A stretch of DNA of 64,000 bases, from NCBI GenBank assembly GCA_964454905.1, contig CAYVTR010000007.1, forward strand, positions 369 to 64,368, read 5' to 3'. How positions within the stretch are numbered: position 1 is the stretch's first letter; each line of letters opens with the position of its first letter. The notes below the pieces were generated by a model, which was not told where the DNA came from, did not search any database, and worked only from the letters and a program-made list of their open reading frames with translations. A program made the translations under genes and the position numbers. Below, piece after piece: positions 35,485 through 46,846 of this stretch. Source of the DNA: an uncultured Woeseia sp. GTDB taxonomy: Bacteria; Pseudomonadota; Gammaproteobacteria; Steroidobacterales; UBA11654.

Positions 35485-36312
35485 ATGAACCAATCCAAAA
35501 AGAAATATTTTTCATTGTCTCTATTCTTAGTAATAGTTATTAATTTGGCATATTCCACAGGATCAATTTCTCAAGAGGATAATATTGAAGACTTAGTGCT
35601 TCAAGATCCTGTAGAGATCTTAGGCGACAGTTTATTTGTTCAAAATGACAGCACTATAGACTCAAAGGGTTCACAAGAAAAAATTACTGATTTATCAATT
35701 GAGACTCAGGAATTGTTAGGCGAATATCGTTTAGTGCTTCAACAGATTGATCGATTGATAGCCTACAATGATTATGTTGAACGTTTAATCACAGACCAAG
35801 AAGAGCAGATTATAGATATTAATCGTCAGCTTCAAGAATTTGCTTTGATTGAACGAGGTATCGTGCCATTGATGTTAGAAAGCATCGAAACTTTGGATCG
35901 CTTTATTGATCTGGATGTTCCATTTTTGCTTGAAGAAAGAAAGGACAGGGTTAACCGACTCAGAGTTATTATGAATGAATCTGATATAACTGTTTCTGAA
36001 AAATTTAGACAAATCATGGACGCCTATCAGATTGAAACAAGTTTCGGTTCAGATATTGAGGCTTACACAGGGTTCTTAGAAATTGACGGTGAAAATAGAC
36101 AAGTCGACTTCTTAAGAATTGGAAGAACATCGCTAACATATCAAACACCCGATCAGAATCAGACGGGATTTTGGAACAAACAAACTCAAGAATGGGAAGA
36201 TTTACCTCGTAAATATACTGACCATGTTAAAGAAGGTTTGAGAATAGCTAAGAAACAAATTACACCTGACCTTATTCAATTGCCAGTTGAAGCTCCAAAG
36301 GTAATGCAATGA
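35485..36312 (+). CDS. DUF3450-like periplasmic coiled-coil protein (TtpB-like, TonB2-system associated)
   Basis: Signal peptide followed by a coiled-coil-rich sequence. It is the first gene of the TonB cluster, and its stop overlaps the next start (ATGA). Confidence 0.6.
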   Translation: MNQSKKKYFSLSLFLVIVINLAYSTGSISQEDNIEDLVLQDPVEILGDSLFVQNDSTIDSKGSQEKITDLSIETQELLGEYRLVLQQIDRLIAYNDYVERLITDQEEQIIDINRQLQEFALIERGIVPLMLESIETLDRFIDLDVPFLLEERKDRVNRLRVIMNESDITVSEKFRQIMDAYQIETSFGSDIEAYTGFLEIDGENRQVDFLRIGRTSLTYQTPDQNQTGFWNKQTQEWEDLPRKYTDHVKEGLRIAKKQITPDLIQLPVEAPKVMQ

Positions 36313-37715
36313 GTAAAGTGATAATAAAAAATACTTTTCTATCAGTCATTGTGTTGTTCATCAGCTTTGAAGTTTTCGCTCAAGATGAAAATCAACCAGT
36401 AGAGGAGGTTCTTGACCCGGTTTTATTGGAGAAACTGAAGAATATTGAAACGATGGAAAAACTCCTAGAAATCACTAAAACCGATAGCATTACAACAGGA
36501 ATGATTAATGAAGAAAGAGAGAAAAAGTTCTTAAGTGCCAGAAACAGACAACGTGCATTATTAGAAGAGGCAAAGATCAGGCTCAATCAAGAAGAAGAAC
36601 GCAGTGTGCGCTTACAACAAGAATTTGAGGACAATGAAAAAGTTCTCGAAGACATTGGAGAGACGCTACGCATAAGAATTGGAAATTTTGGAGAGCTCTT
36701 TGGTGTTGTTAGACAAGTTGCTGGTGAAGCCATAGCGACAGTTAAGAATTCACTGGTGTCTATTCAATACCCTGGAAGGGAAGGCTCATTAGCTGCATTA
36801 GCAGAAACCAGAAATTTACCTAGTATTGATCAAATGAAGGGTTTAATCGTTACGATGCTTGAAGAAATGACTAAATCAGGAAATGTCGAGCGATTTAACA
36901 GCCAAGTCATTCTCCCGGGCGGTTCTATCTCAGATGCTGAGGTTGTAAGAGTTGGCGTATTTAATGCCATCACTGAGAACTTTTTTCTTAAATTTATTCC
37001 TGAAACCCAATCACTTCAAGTCTTAGCACGACAACCTGCAAGACGCTTTAGATCTCTAGCTGATGATCTTTTTGATCTTGAAGAAGGCTACACAACCATG
37101 GCTGTTGATCCAAGCAGAGGACAAATTTTAGGTCTACTGATCCAAGCGCCTGGGATTGGAGAAAGGATAAGTCAAGGTGGTTTGGTTGGTTACTTTATTA
37201 TTTTTATTGGGTTACTGGGTTTAATTCTTTCTGGATGGAGACTAAAACTCCTTAAAGACGAAGGTGATGCCATTAATCGCCAGTTAAAATCAGACCAAGC
37301 GTCTGATGACAATGCTTTGGGTCGAATACTTTCGGTGTTTGATCAAAATCAACACATTGATCCTGAATCTTTAGAATTAAAAATTGATGAGGCTATTTTA
37401 AGAGAAGTACCAAAATTAGAAAAATTCCATAGCATTATTAAGGTCTTTGCTGCGGTCGCTCCTTTACTAGGTCTCTTGGGTACTGTGGTCGGTATGATTG
37501 TTACTTTCCAAGCTCTCACTCTCTTTGGAACTGGTGACCCTAAACTTATGGCTGGTGGCATATCACAAGCACTTGTGACCACAATGCTCGGTCTAATAGT
37601 CGCTATCCCTCTGGTTTTCTTACACAGTGTGTTGACCAGCTGGAGTGGCTCCTTGATTGAAATTATAGAAGAGCAAAGCGCCGGATTGATTGCTAGGAAT
37701 GCCGGCAATAAATAG
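36309..37715 (+). CDS. large MotA/TolQ/ExbB-family proton channel protein (TtpC-like)
   Basis: 468 aa. It has a signal peptide, a long coiled-coil periplasmic region and a C-terminal MotA/ExbB core (LLGLLGTVVGMIVTFQAL...GGISQALVTTMLGLIVAIP). Confidence 0.75.
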   Translation: MSKVIIKNTFLSVIVLFISFEVFAQDENQPVEEVLDPVLLEKLKNIETMEKLLEITKTDSITTGMINEEREKKFLSARNRQRALLEEAKIRLNQEEERSVRLQQEFEDNEKVLEDIGETLRIRIGNFGELFGVVRQVAGEAIATVKNSLVSIQYPGREGSLAALAETRNLPSIDQMKGLIVTMLEEMTKSGNVERFNSQVILPGGSISDAEVVRVGVFNAITENFFLKFIPETQSLQVLARQPARRFRSLADDLFDLEEGYTTMAVDPSRGQILGLLIQAPGIGERISQGGLVGYFIIFIGLLGLILSGWRLKLLKDEGDAINRQLKSDQASDDNALGRILSVFDQNQHIDPESLELKIDEAILREVPKLEKFHSIIKVFAAVAPLLGLLGTVVGMIVTFQALTLFGTGDPKLMAGGISQALVTTMLGLIVAIPLVFLHSVLTSWSGSLIEIIEEQSAGLIARNAGNK

Positions 37716-37724
37716 TTTTGTTTT

Positions 37725-38342
37725 ATGTCGTTTTTGAAGAACTTTTTAATTTGGTTTGAGGGTCAATCCATAGGTAGGGAAACCACAATAATTTTAGCAA
37801 TCTTTTCGCTCGTTGTAGCGAGCCTCCTGTGGTTAATATTACCAGAGATAAGAGATTTTTTTGAAGCAGGAGGACCAGTTCTCTGGGGCATCCTTTTGGT
37901 TACCACTATTATGTGGACATTGATCATTGAACGATTCTGGTTTTTTCGATTCTTGTTACCCGTTAGAAGACATCAAGCTATTAGTGAATGGAAAGCAATA
38001 GACAATAAAAGCGATTGGTTCTCTCGGAGGATTCGTGATCAGATTATTTCTCAAGTATCGGTTGATACTAAGAAGTTCTTATTAACAATTGAAACCATGA
38101 TGCAGATTTTGCCACTCCTTGGACTTTTAGGCACAGTCGTGGGTATGATCAAGGTTTTTGATGTCATGACTTTTTTTGGGACTGGTAATGCAAGATTAAT
38201 GGCCAGTGGGGTATCGCAAGCCACAATACCAACTATGGCAGGTTTAGTTGCAGCCATATCAGGATTGTATATAGCTAATTTATTGAAAAGGAAAGCTGAG
38301 GATGAAGTTTCTAGAGTTGCCGATCAATTGGTGATCGAATAA
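37725..38342 (+). CDS. exbB: ExbB/TolQ-family proton channel protein
   Basis: LPLLGLLGTVVGMIKVF...SGVSQATIPTMAGLVAAI. Confidence 0.8.
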   Translation: MSFLKNFLIWFEGQSIGRETTIILAIFSLVVASLLWLILPEIRDFFEAGGPVLWGILLVTTIMWTLIIERFWFFRFLLPVRRHQAISEWKAIDNKSDWFSRRIRDQIISQVSVDTKKFLLTIETMMQILPLLGLLGTVVGMIKVFDVMTFFGTGNARLMASGVSQATIPTMAGLVAAISGLYIANLLKRKAEDEVSRVADQLVIE

Positions 38343-38349
38343 ATTTAAG

Positions 38350-38751
38350 ATGAGAAGAAGATTTAAGAAAAAACGTGAAGAAAGTGAAATTAATATCACG
38401 CCGATGCTTGATATTGTGTTCATCATGTTGATTTTTTTTATAGTGACCACCTCATTTGTTAAAGAGATTTCTATTGATGTCAATCGCCCCACAAAATCAC
38501 CGATAAAAGAACAAAAAAAATCAGAAGTAATTTCTATCAGGATCTCAGCAGAAGGACAGATTTTTGTTCAAGATCGTTTAATAACAGTGGATGCGGTAAG
38601 AGCTAATATAGAATCGTATTTGGCATTAAAACCCCAAGCGTCCGTGGTAGTGATTTCAGATCGTGATGCTGATGCAGGTTTTTTGGTCAGAGTAATTGAC
38701 CAATCTAGATTAGCCGGCGCTAGAAATGTTTCATTAGCAGCACCAAAATAA
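38350..38751 (+). CDS. exbD: ExbD/TolR-family protein (copy 1)
   Basis: EINITPMLDIVFIMLIFFIVT (TM helix with conserved Asp). 133 aa. Confidence 0.85.
   Translation: MRRRFKKKREESEINITPMLDIVFIMLIFFIVTTSFVKEISIDVNRPTKSPIKEQKKSEVISIRISAEGQIFVQDRLITVDAVRANIESYLALKPQASVVVISDRDADAGFLVRVIDQSRLAGARNVSLAAPK
38383..38450 (+). repeat. 68-nt patch shared with 38789-38856 (62/68 nt identical) inside the tandem exbD paralogs
   Basis: Hand alignment gives 24 identical nt, 6 divergent nt (cttgat vs atggac), then 38 identical nt including the T8 run. Confidence 0.9.
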
Positions 38752-38755
38752 TTTT

Positions 38756-39157
38756 ATGATTAAAAGAAGACATAGGGAAGAAGAAGACAGTGAAATTAAT
38801 ATCACGCCGATGATGGACATTGTGTTCATCATGTTGATTTTTTTTATAGTGACCACTTCTTTTATTAAGGAAACGGGTATTAACCCTAATCGACCTGAAG
38901 CTGAAACAGCAGCTAGAGCAGAACTAGGCAATATTCTTATCGCGGTGTCACCTAGCGATCAAATATGGATGAACAAAAATCAAATCCAATTGGAATCAGT
39001 ACGTATATTAATGGAATCAGCCCATGCTGAAAATCCAGAAAGCAGTGTTGTTATTGTCGCTGATGAACTGGCTTCCACAGGCTTAATTATTGATATTATG
39101 GACCAAATTAGACTCAGCGGTATTTCAAAAGTGTCTCTATCAGCAAAGGAAAAGTAA
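38756..39157 (+). CDS. exbD: ExbD/TolR-family protein (copy 2)
   Basis: EINITPMMDIVFIMLIFFIVT. 133 aa. The periplasmic domain has diverged from copy 1. Confidence 0.85.
   Translation: MIKRRHREEEDSEINITPMMDIVFIMLIFFIVTTSFIKETGINPNRPEAETAARAELGNILIAVSPSDQIWMNKNQIQLESVRILMESAHAENPESSVVIVADELASTGLIIDIMDQIRLSGISKVSLSAKEK
38789..38856 (+). repeat. partner copy of the 68-nt exbD patch
   Basis: See 38383-38450. Confidence 0.9.
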
Positions 39158-39159
39158 AC

Positions 39160-39813
39160 GTGAACGACTTGACAATGAATTTAAAACCTGAGGTTAGGTA
39201 CCTTAGTGCTTTGTTGCTTGGCATGATTGTCACATCAGGGTTATTTTTTCTAATGCAAGCCTTGATAGATTCAGGTGAGCAGGGTTTTGATTCATCTTCT
39301 GAGGGCCAGATGATGGAATTTATTCGGATCAAGGACGATGAAAGCTTAAGCTTCAAAGACAGAAGAAAACCGGTTAAACCAAAGCCACCAAAAGAACCTC
39401 CACCTCCGCCAAAATTAATTGTGCAAAAGCAAGTTAAACCAACGATGAATAAGGTCAAGATTGAGATACCAGATATTGATCTCCCAAGTATAGCTGGAGG
39501 AGGTCCTTTTTTAGGTAATTGGGAAGGGAACCCGCTTGCCGAGGGAGATGTTTTACCAATTGTCCGAATTAACCCACAATGGCCTAGAAAAGCTTTGGTT
39601 GAAGGCATTGAAGGATATGTTGTGGTTGAAGTATTGATCGGTGTTGATGGTTCAGTGAGAGGTGTGGTTGTGATTGAATCTATGCCGAAGAGACTATTTG
39701 ACAGAAATGTAATTAGAGCTGTTCTCAAATGGAAATTTAAACCAAGAATAGTTAACGGTGTTCCTGTTGAGAGAAAAGCTATTCAGAAGTTAGATTTTAA
39801 TCTTGATCAATAA
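39160..39813 (+). CDS. tonB: energy transducer TonB
   Basis: N-terminal TM anchor, a Pro-rich spacer (KPVKPKPPKEPPPPPK), and a C-terminal TonB domain (PQWPRKALVEGIEGYVVVEVLIGVDGSV...LKWKFKP). The start is GTG 39160 or ATG 39175. Confidence 0.85.
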   Translation: MNDLTMNLKPEVRYLSALLLGMIVTSGLFFLMQALIDSGEQGFDSSSEGQMMEFIRIKDDESLSFKDRRKPVKPKPPKEPPPPPKLIVQKQVKPTMNKVKIEIPDIDLPSIAGGGPFLGNWEGNPLAEGDVLPIVRINPQWPRKALVEGIEGYVVVEVLIGVDGSVRGVVVIESMPKRLFDRNVIRAVLKWKFKPRIVNGVPVERKAIQKLDFNLDQ

Positions 39814-39814
39814 A

Positions 39815-41095
39815 ATGCAAAGGAAAAGAATACATAATAACCTATTAAAGTTGTCACTAACTTTGTTAGTGCTTTTTCCTCAATATTCAAATTCTGAAAG
39901 CTTGCCTAAGTATCACCCATTAAAAGAAGACAGAGTTGCTATAGAGCGCTCAAACGCAGCACCCCAAATGGCTTACAACGTCAATAAAAAGTTTGAAGGG
40001 GTGGCTGACCGTTTTGGTAACAGCGATCTTGAAGGTGCCATGAAGAATTTAAAAGCCATGTTAGAGTGGAATTTATCAAAATATGAGACAGCCGTGGTGT
40101 ATCAGTTTATGGGCTTTGTCTATGTTCAACAAAATGATATAGATTCTGCTATTGAGGTATTTAAAAAAACTGTTGATTTCAATATTCTTTCTAACAGCCA
40201 ACATCAAGGGACTGTATTTAACCTAGCAAGTCTCTATGGATCTCAAGAAAAATGGGATCTTGCGATTGATTCTTTGATGGAATTTTTTAAATTTGAACAA
40301 GACCCTGCTGCTGAGTCATACATCATGGCAGGCATAGCCTACTTCCAAAAAGGCCAGCCTCTCAAAGCATTACCTTATATCCATATTGCCAATCAAAAAG
40401 CCGAAAAACCAAAGGAAACTTGGTTGCAATTAGAGCTTGCTATCTTGTTTATTAATAAACGTTATGACGAGGCTGTTGGGATCGTCAAGCAATTAGCGAC
40501 CTATTGGCCTGACAAAGGACAATACTGGGAAACAATGGCTGGTGCTTATATGGAAATGCAAAAAGACACAGATGCTCTAGCAGCGTTAAATTTAGGTTAT
40601 AAAAATAACGCTATTGATAAAGAAGAGACTTTAGAGAGTCTTGCCAGACTGAGTTTATTTCTGGAAATACCTTATCAGGCAGCTGAGATTATGCAGAACA
40701 ACATGGACTCAGGCTTAGTTGAAAAAAATGAGGAAAATCTTAGATTACTCCTTGGAGCGTGGACTTCTGCCAGAGAATTTGATCAAGCCATACAGATTAT
40801 AGATACGCTAGCCTTAATGTTGAACGATGGAACCTTATATATTCAAAAAGCCATGTTACTTAATGAGAAAGGTGATTGGTCTGGCATTAAAGACGCAGCA
40901 GGCATGGCTCTTCAAGATCAGGAGCTTGAAAACCCTGGAGATGTTTATATTTTGAGAGGTATGGCACACAGTGAGCTGGGTGAGTTTGAAGAGGCCATTG
41001 ATTCTTTTACCCAAGCGATTGAAGTTGGGACTGACGGCAATAAAAAAAATGCAGAGGCTTGGATTGAGTATGTTTCAGATCGCCGAGGCAGTTAG
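39815..41095 (+). CDS. TPR-repeat protein (TtpD-like, last gene of the TonB cluster)
   Basis: Signal-like N-terminus and multiple TPR-like repeats. The ATG at 39815 lies just after the tonB stop. Confidence 0.65.
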   Translation: MQRKRIHNNLLKLSLTLLVLFPQYSNSESLPKYHPLKEDRVAIERSNAAPQMAYNVNKKFEGVADRFGNSDLEGAMKNLKAMLEWNLSKYETAVVYQFMGFVYVQQNDIDSAIEVFKKTVDFNILSNSQHQGTVFNLASLYGSQEKWDLAIDSLMEFFKFEQDPAAESYIMAGIAYFQKGQPLKALPYIHIANQKAEKPKETWLQLELAILFINKRYDEAVGIVKQLATYWPDKGQYWETMAGAYMEMQKDTDALAALNLGYKNNAIDKEETLESLARLSLFLEIPYQAAEIMQNNMDSGLVEKNEENLRLLLGAWTSAREFDQAIQIIDTLALMLNDGTLYIQKAMLLNEKGDWSGIKDAAGMALQDQELENPGDVYILRGMAHSELGEFEEAIDSFTQAIEVGTDGNKKNAEAWIEYVSDRRGS

Positions 41096-41824
41096 TTAAG
41101 AAAAAGATCTGTGATTTAAATCAGGTTCATCCAAGCTACTTAATATCATTTCTCTTGATGCGTCTGATAAATCTTGAGCATTAATTGAATCATCTGTTGT
41201 GTAGATAGGAGAATGTATTGTAACTGATAAGGTGACTTTTTTTGGCAACCAGCTTTCTGATGTTAATAACTCTCTAGTTCCATTTAGCGTTACCGGAATG
41301 ATAGGAACTTGATTTTTTATTGCTGTGAGAAACGCACCTTTTTTAAATTTTAAAAGACCTTCTTCTTTCAAAAAAGTTGCTTCAGGAAAAAAGATAATAG
41401 AATCGTCATCTTTGTTACTTTTCATGATTTTCTTAAAGTCACTGGCTCCTTCTTTTGCATCCCGTCTCTCCACTAAATGCGTGCCCATTTTCCCTAACAC
41501 ATAGTCAGCAAAGGGGATGTATTTAAGCTCTTTTTTGGCAACATAAGCATAGTGAGGTGGTAAAGCAGCCTGAAGTATCATTGGATCAGTGTAACTGGCA
41601 TGATTAGCAACCAACACCGATGGTTCATCAACCAAATTCTCTGAGCCTTCGACTATTAATTTAACCCCAATCAATTTAATAATTGCAGCCGAACAATTTC
41701 TAGCTAGTTTTCTTGTTGAGACAACAGTTCGAGTGAAAGGAAAACAGCAGACCATCACTAAGAGAACGACAGAAAAAACTAACCAAGCCCAAGAGCCAAA
41801 TAAATATATAGAAACACTTTTCAT
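41096..41824 (-). CDS. 1-acyl-sn-glycerol-3-phosphate acyltransferase family (PlsC-like)
   Basis: HX4D motif NHASYTDP, plus FFPEATF. I placed the start at the ATG at 41822-41824. The track extension overlaps xerD. Confidence 0.75.
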   Translation of the reverse strand: MKSVSIYLFGSWAWLVFSVVLLVMVCCFPFTRTVVSTRKLARNCSAAIIKLIGVKLIVEGSENLVDEPSVLVANHASYTDPMILQAALPPHYAYVAKKELKYIPFADYVLGKMGTHLVERRDAKEGASDFKKIMKSNKDDDSIIFFPEATFLKEEGLLKFKKGAFLTAIKNQVPIIPVTLNGTRELLTSESWLPKKVTLSVTIHSPIYTTDDSINAQDLSDASREMILSSLDEPDLNHRSFS

Positions 41825-41877
41825 GGTTTTTCTTATATTGTGTATATTAAAGTCAACATAATACACAAATCTGATCA

Positions 41878-42792
41878 ATGAAAACATCTGAGGATAATAA
41901 TTCTAATTCAAACCTGATCATAGATCAGTTCATAGATTCAATTTGGCTTGAGCAAGGATTATCCAAGGCCACTCTTAGTGCTTATCGTTCAGATTTAAAA
42001 GTTTTAAACCAATGGGTAGAGAAAAAGCAACTAACAATTGACAATATTTCGCGTGCTGATTTACTCGACTTTATAGCCCATAAGGCAAATTCAGGATGCA
42101 GCAGCAGAACCTCAGCGAGGATGTTATCTTCCTATAGAAGATTTTATGCTTTTCTTTTTCAACAGGAAATAATTTCAAAGAATCCCACTGAAAAGATTTC
42201 CATGCCAAAGATAGGACGATCCTTGCCAAAACTTTTATCAGAAGAACAGGTTATACGCTTAATAAAGGCACCGAATACTAAGAAACCATTAGGCTTCAGG
42301 GACAGGGTAATGTTGGAGATACTCTATGCAACTGGATTGAGAGTTTCAGAATTAGTAACCTTAAAACAAGGCGATTTAAACCTTAATCAAGGCTATATAA
42401 GAGTAATGGGTAAAGGCAGTAAAGAACGATTAGTGCCCATGGGCTCAATTGCAAAACGTTGGCTTAAAAAATATTTAAACGGTCCGATCGTTGAAATCCT
42501 AGGAGAACGACAATCTGATTATTTATTTCCAACAAGAACCTCAGAGTCGATTTCAAGACAAGCGTTCTGGCAGATTATTAAAAAATATTCTAATAAAGTA
42601 AGTATTGATAGTGATTTATCTCCTCACAGTCTCCGACATGCTTTTGCTACACATTTGATAAATCACGGAGCTGATCTAAGAGTTGTTCAAATGTTGTTAG
42701 GGCACAGTGATCTATCAACAACACAGATCTATACTCATATTGCACAACATCGCCTAAAAGATCTTCATCAAAAACATCACCCAAGAGGCTAG
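41878..42792 (+). CDS. xerD: site-specific tyrosine recombinase XerD
   Basis: ATGLRVSEL, HSLRHAFATHL and LLGHSDLSTTQIYTH. Conserved xerD-dsbC synteny. Confidence 0.85.
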   Translation: MKTSEDNNSNSNLIIDQFIDSIWLEQGLSKATLSAYRSDLKVLNQWVEKKQLTIDNISRADLLDFIAHKANSGCSSRTSARMLSSYRRFYAFLFQQEIISKNPTEKISMPKIGRSLPKLLSEEQVIRLIKAPNTKKPLGFRDRVMLEILYATGLRVSELVTLKQGDLNLNQGYIRVMGKGSKERLVPMGSIAKRWLKKYLNGPIVEILGERQSDYLFPTRTSESISRQAFWQIIKKYSNKVSIDSDLSPHSLRHAFATHLINHGADLRVVQMLLGHSDLSTTQIYTHIAQHRLKDLHQKHHPRG

Positions 42793-42812
42793 GGTTTTTG
42801 TAAACTAATACA

Positions 42813-43580
42813 ATGAAAAAAATAATTACAATTCTAACGGTTCTGACTCTTTTTACAGGCCATGAAAGCCTCAAATCTGATGAATCTGATTCTCCTGAAA
42901 CGAGGCTTGATTATAAAGTTTCTACTGATCAAAGAATTGAGGAAATTGTAACGGACTTATTGGACTTTTTTCCCGAAGGCACCAAGGTCAATCTTAAGTC
43001 ATCACCCATGGAAGGTCTCTATGCGGTTCATATTGGTTCCCAGGTTTTTTATATCAGTGATGATGGGAAATTCTTACTGAGTGGGGATATTTACAACACT
43101 CAAACCAGTGAAAATTTAACTGATAATGACCGGAGAATTGCTCGTATAGAATATTTAAGTGAACTTGATTCAAGTTCAATGATCACTTTTTCTCCTATTG
43201 AATATCAACGCTCAGTGACTGTATTTACTGATATTGATTGCGGTTATTGTAGGAAGTTTCACCAACAGATTGATGCAGTGATGAATGAAGGTATTCAGGT
43301 TCGGTATATATTTTTCCCCAGAAGCGGTCCTGATTCAGAAAGCTGGTATAAAGCTCAAGAAGTTTGGTGCAGTGCTGATCAACTGCAAGCCATCACTCTA
43401 GCTAAACTAGGTAAGAGCTTCAACAGTCAGAAGTGTTCTAATGATCCAATTCAAGAGCATTATGATCTGGGCAGGATATTCAATGTTCAGGGCACACCCA
43501 CAATGGTTACTGATGCAGGTGAAATCATTGTTGGTTATTTGTCGGCTACTGATTTAAAAGACAGATTAGACGGCAAATAG
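42813..43580 (+). CDS. dsbC: thiol:disulfide interchange protein DsbC
   Basis: Signal peptide, the active site DIDCGYCRKFH, and GTPTMV. Confidence 0.85.
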   Translation: MKKIITILTVLTLFTGHESLKSDESDSPETRLDYKVSTDQRIEEIVTDLLDFFPEGTKVNLKSSPMEGLYAVHIGSQVFYISDDGKFLLSGDIYNTQTSENLTDNDRRIARIEYLSELDSSSMITFSPIEYQRSVTVFTDIDCGYCRKFHQQIDAVMNEGIQVRYIFFPRSGPDSESWYKAQEVWCSADQLQAITLAKLGKSFNSQKCSNDPIQEHYDLGRIFNVQGTPTMVTDAGEIIVGYLSATDLKDRLDGK

Positions 43581-43589
43581 TTCTAAATT

Positions 43590-43913
43590 TTATTTCTCAA
43601 GATATTTTATTTTGTTTTTTACATCTCTCCATTCATCTGCATCAGGAGGTGGTTCTGGTGCATGAGATATCACAGGCCACTTTTCACTAAGTTCTACATT
43701 TAAATCGTAGAAGATTTCTTGACCTTCAGGGATTTCATCATCTGCAAAAATTGCGTCAACCGGACATTCAGGTTCACATAAAGCACAATCTATGCATTCG
43801 TCAGGATTGATCACCAACATGTTTGGACCCTCGTGAAAACAGTCAACAGGACAGACTTCAACACAATCGCCAAGTTTGCACTTAATACAGTTTTCTCCTA
43901 CTAAAAAGGTCAT
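43590..43913 (-). CDS. fdxA: 7Fe ferredoxin (FdxA type)
   Basis: [18 protein letters not shown] and [12 protein letters not shown]. Confidence 0.9.
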   Translation of the reverse strand: MTFLVGENCIKCKLGDCVEVCPVDCFHEGPNMLVINPDECIDCALCEPECPVDAIFADDEIPEGQEIFYDLNVELSEKWPVISHAPEPPPDADEWRDVKNKIKYLEK

Positions 43914-43944
43914 ATTTTTATTGCTTTGTCTCTAAGTTGTGTTG

Positions 43945-44469
43945 TTATTCTATTGTTTTGTATATCGGTTCAAAATCGTTTTTTTCTTTTTCAATGTGTG
44001 CCTTAAGGGCTAGCTTACCTGTTTTAAACGCCATTGCCTCCCAAGGAATATCATCCAAGGAAAACATCTTTACATCGAGTGACTCTGCTCCCGGACCAAA
44101 AGTATTATCCCTTAGTTCAGCTCTAAAGAAAATATGCACTTGATCAGAATGTACCACATCAACAACAGCTAACATTGGTCCCAGTATAGGGGTGAACAAG
44201 GCTTCTTCTTGAGTCTCTCTAATAGCCCCTTCTGCTAAGCTTTCTCCATTCTCTAGAAAACCAGCGGGTAAAGTCCAAAAATTCTGTCGTGGTTCTATAG
44301 CCCTTAGGCATAATAGAACTTCATTGTTATGAATTGGCACAGTTCCAACAACAATCTTTGGGTTTTGATAATGAATAAATTTACAAGCAGTGCATACAAA
44401 CCTAAGTTTTGTATCACTGGTTGGGATTTTTGACTGAACAGTGCCCCCACATTGATTACAATATTTCAT
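43945..44469 (-). CDS. NUDIX hydrolase with N-terminal zinc ribbon
   Basis: CNQCGG...CTAC and the NUDIX box GFLENGESLAEGAIRETQEEA. Confidence 0.8.
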   Translation of the reverse strand: MKYCNQCGGTVQSKIPTSDTKLRFVCTACKFIHYQNPKIVVGTVPIHNNEVLLCLRAIEPRQNFWTLPAGFLENGESLAEGAIRETQEEALFTPILGPMLAVVDVVHSDQVHIFFRAELRDNTFGPGAESLDVKMFSLDDIPWEAMAFKTGKLALKAHIEKEKNDFEPIYKTIE

Positions 44470-44485
44470 AATGTTTTCTTCTCTA

Positions 44486-44569
44486 TGCCGAGAGAGAGAC
44501 TCGAACTCTCACGGGTTTAACCCCACCGGATTTTGAATCCGGCGCGTCTACCAATTCCGCCATCCCGGC
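44486..44569 (-). tRNA. tRNA-Leu (anticodon CAA), CCA not encoded
   Basis: The reverse complement reads GCCGGGATGGCGGAATTGGTAGACGCGCCGGATTCAAAATCCGGTGGGGTTAAACCCGTGAGAGTTCGAGTCTCTCTCTCGGCA. It has a long variable arm, and the acceptor stem pairs (GCCGGGA/TCTCGGC with one G-U). Confidence 0.9.
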
Positions 44570-44669
44570 TTAATATTAATGAAGAATACCTTGAGTTCAA
44601 GATGCAGTCTATCAATCTTTATGCCTTAAACCGATTATTCTAATTCTTATAATTCAGTACAATGTTTGC

Positions 44670-46798
<2,129 letters not shown>

Positions 46799-46846
46799 TT
46801 ATTTCTGTGTCATAATTGCACATCTAATTTTTCTCAAGGGTGTGAA

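Noticed and set aside
37349-37708. 119-aa ORF antisense to the TtpC-like gene; similar shadow ORFs occur at 38051-38257, 38280-38492 and 38734-38931
   Set aside because: These are shadows of the MotA/ExbB and ExbD TM regions. The shared VVTIKKINMMNT peptide in two of them simply reflects the exbD nucleotide repeat.
38350-39157. Tandem exbD genes as an assembly duplication artefact
   Set aside because: Outside the 68-nt patch the two copies are strongly diverged at both the nucleotide and protein level, so they are genuine paralogs.
39114-39728. 204-aa ORF antisense to tonB
   Set aside because: It lies entirely inside the well-supported tonB gene. Its product is low-complexity (G/S/P-rich, mirroring the Pro-rich TonB spacer). 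It is a typical shadow ORF.
41878-42792. Tyrosine recombinase as a marker of an integrated element near tRNA-Leu (44486-44569)
   Set aside because: The sequence and the xerD-dsbC synteny identify it as the chromosomal dimer-resolution recombinase XerD. No flanking direct repeats of the tRNA 3' end and no phage or mobile cargo genes were seen.
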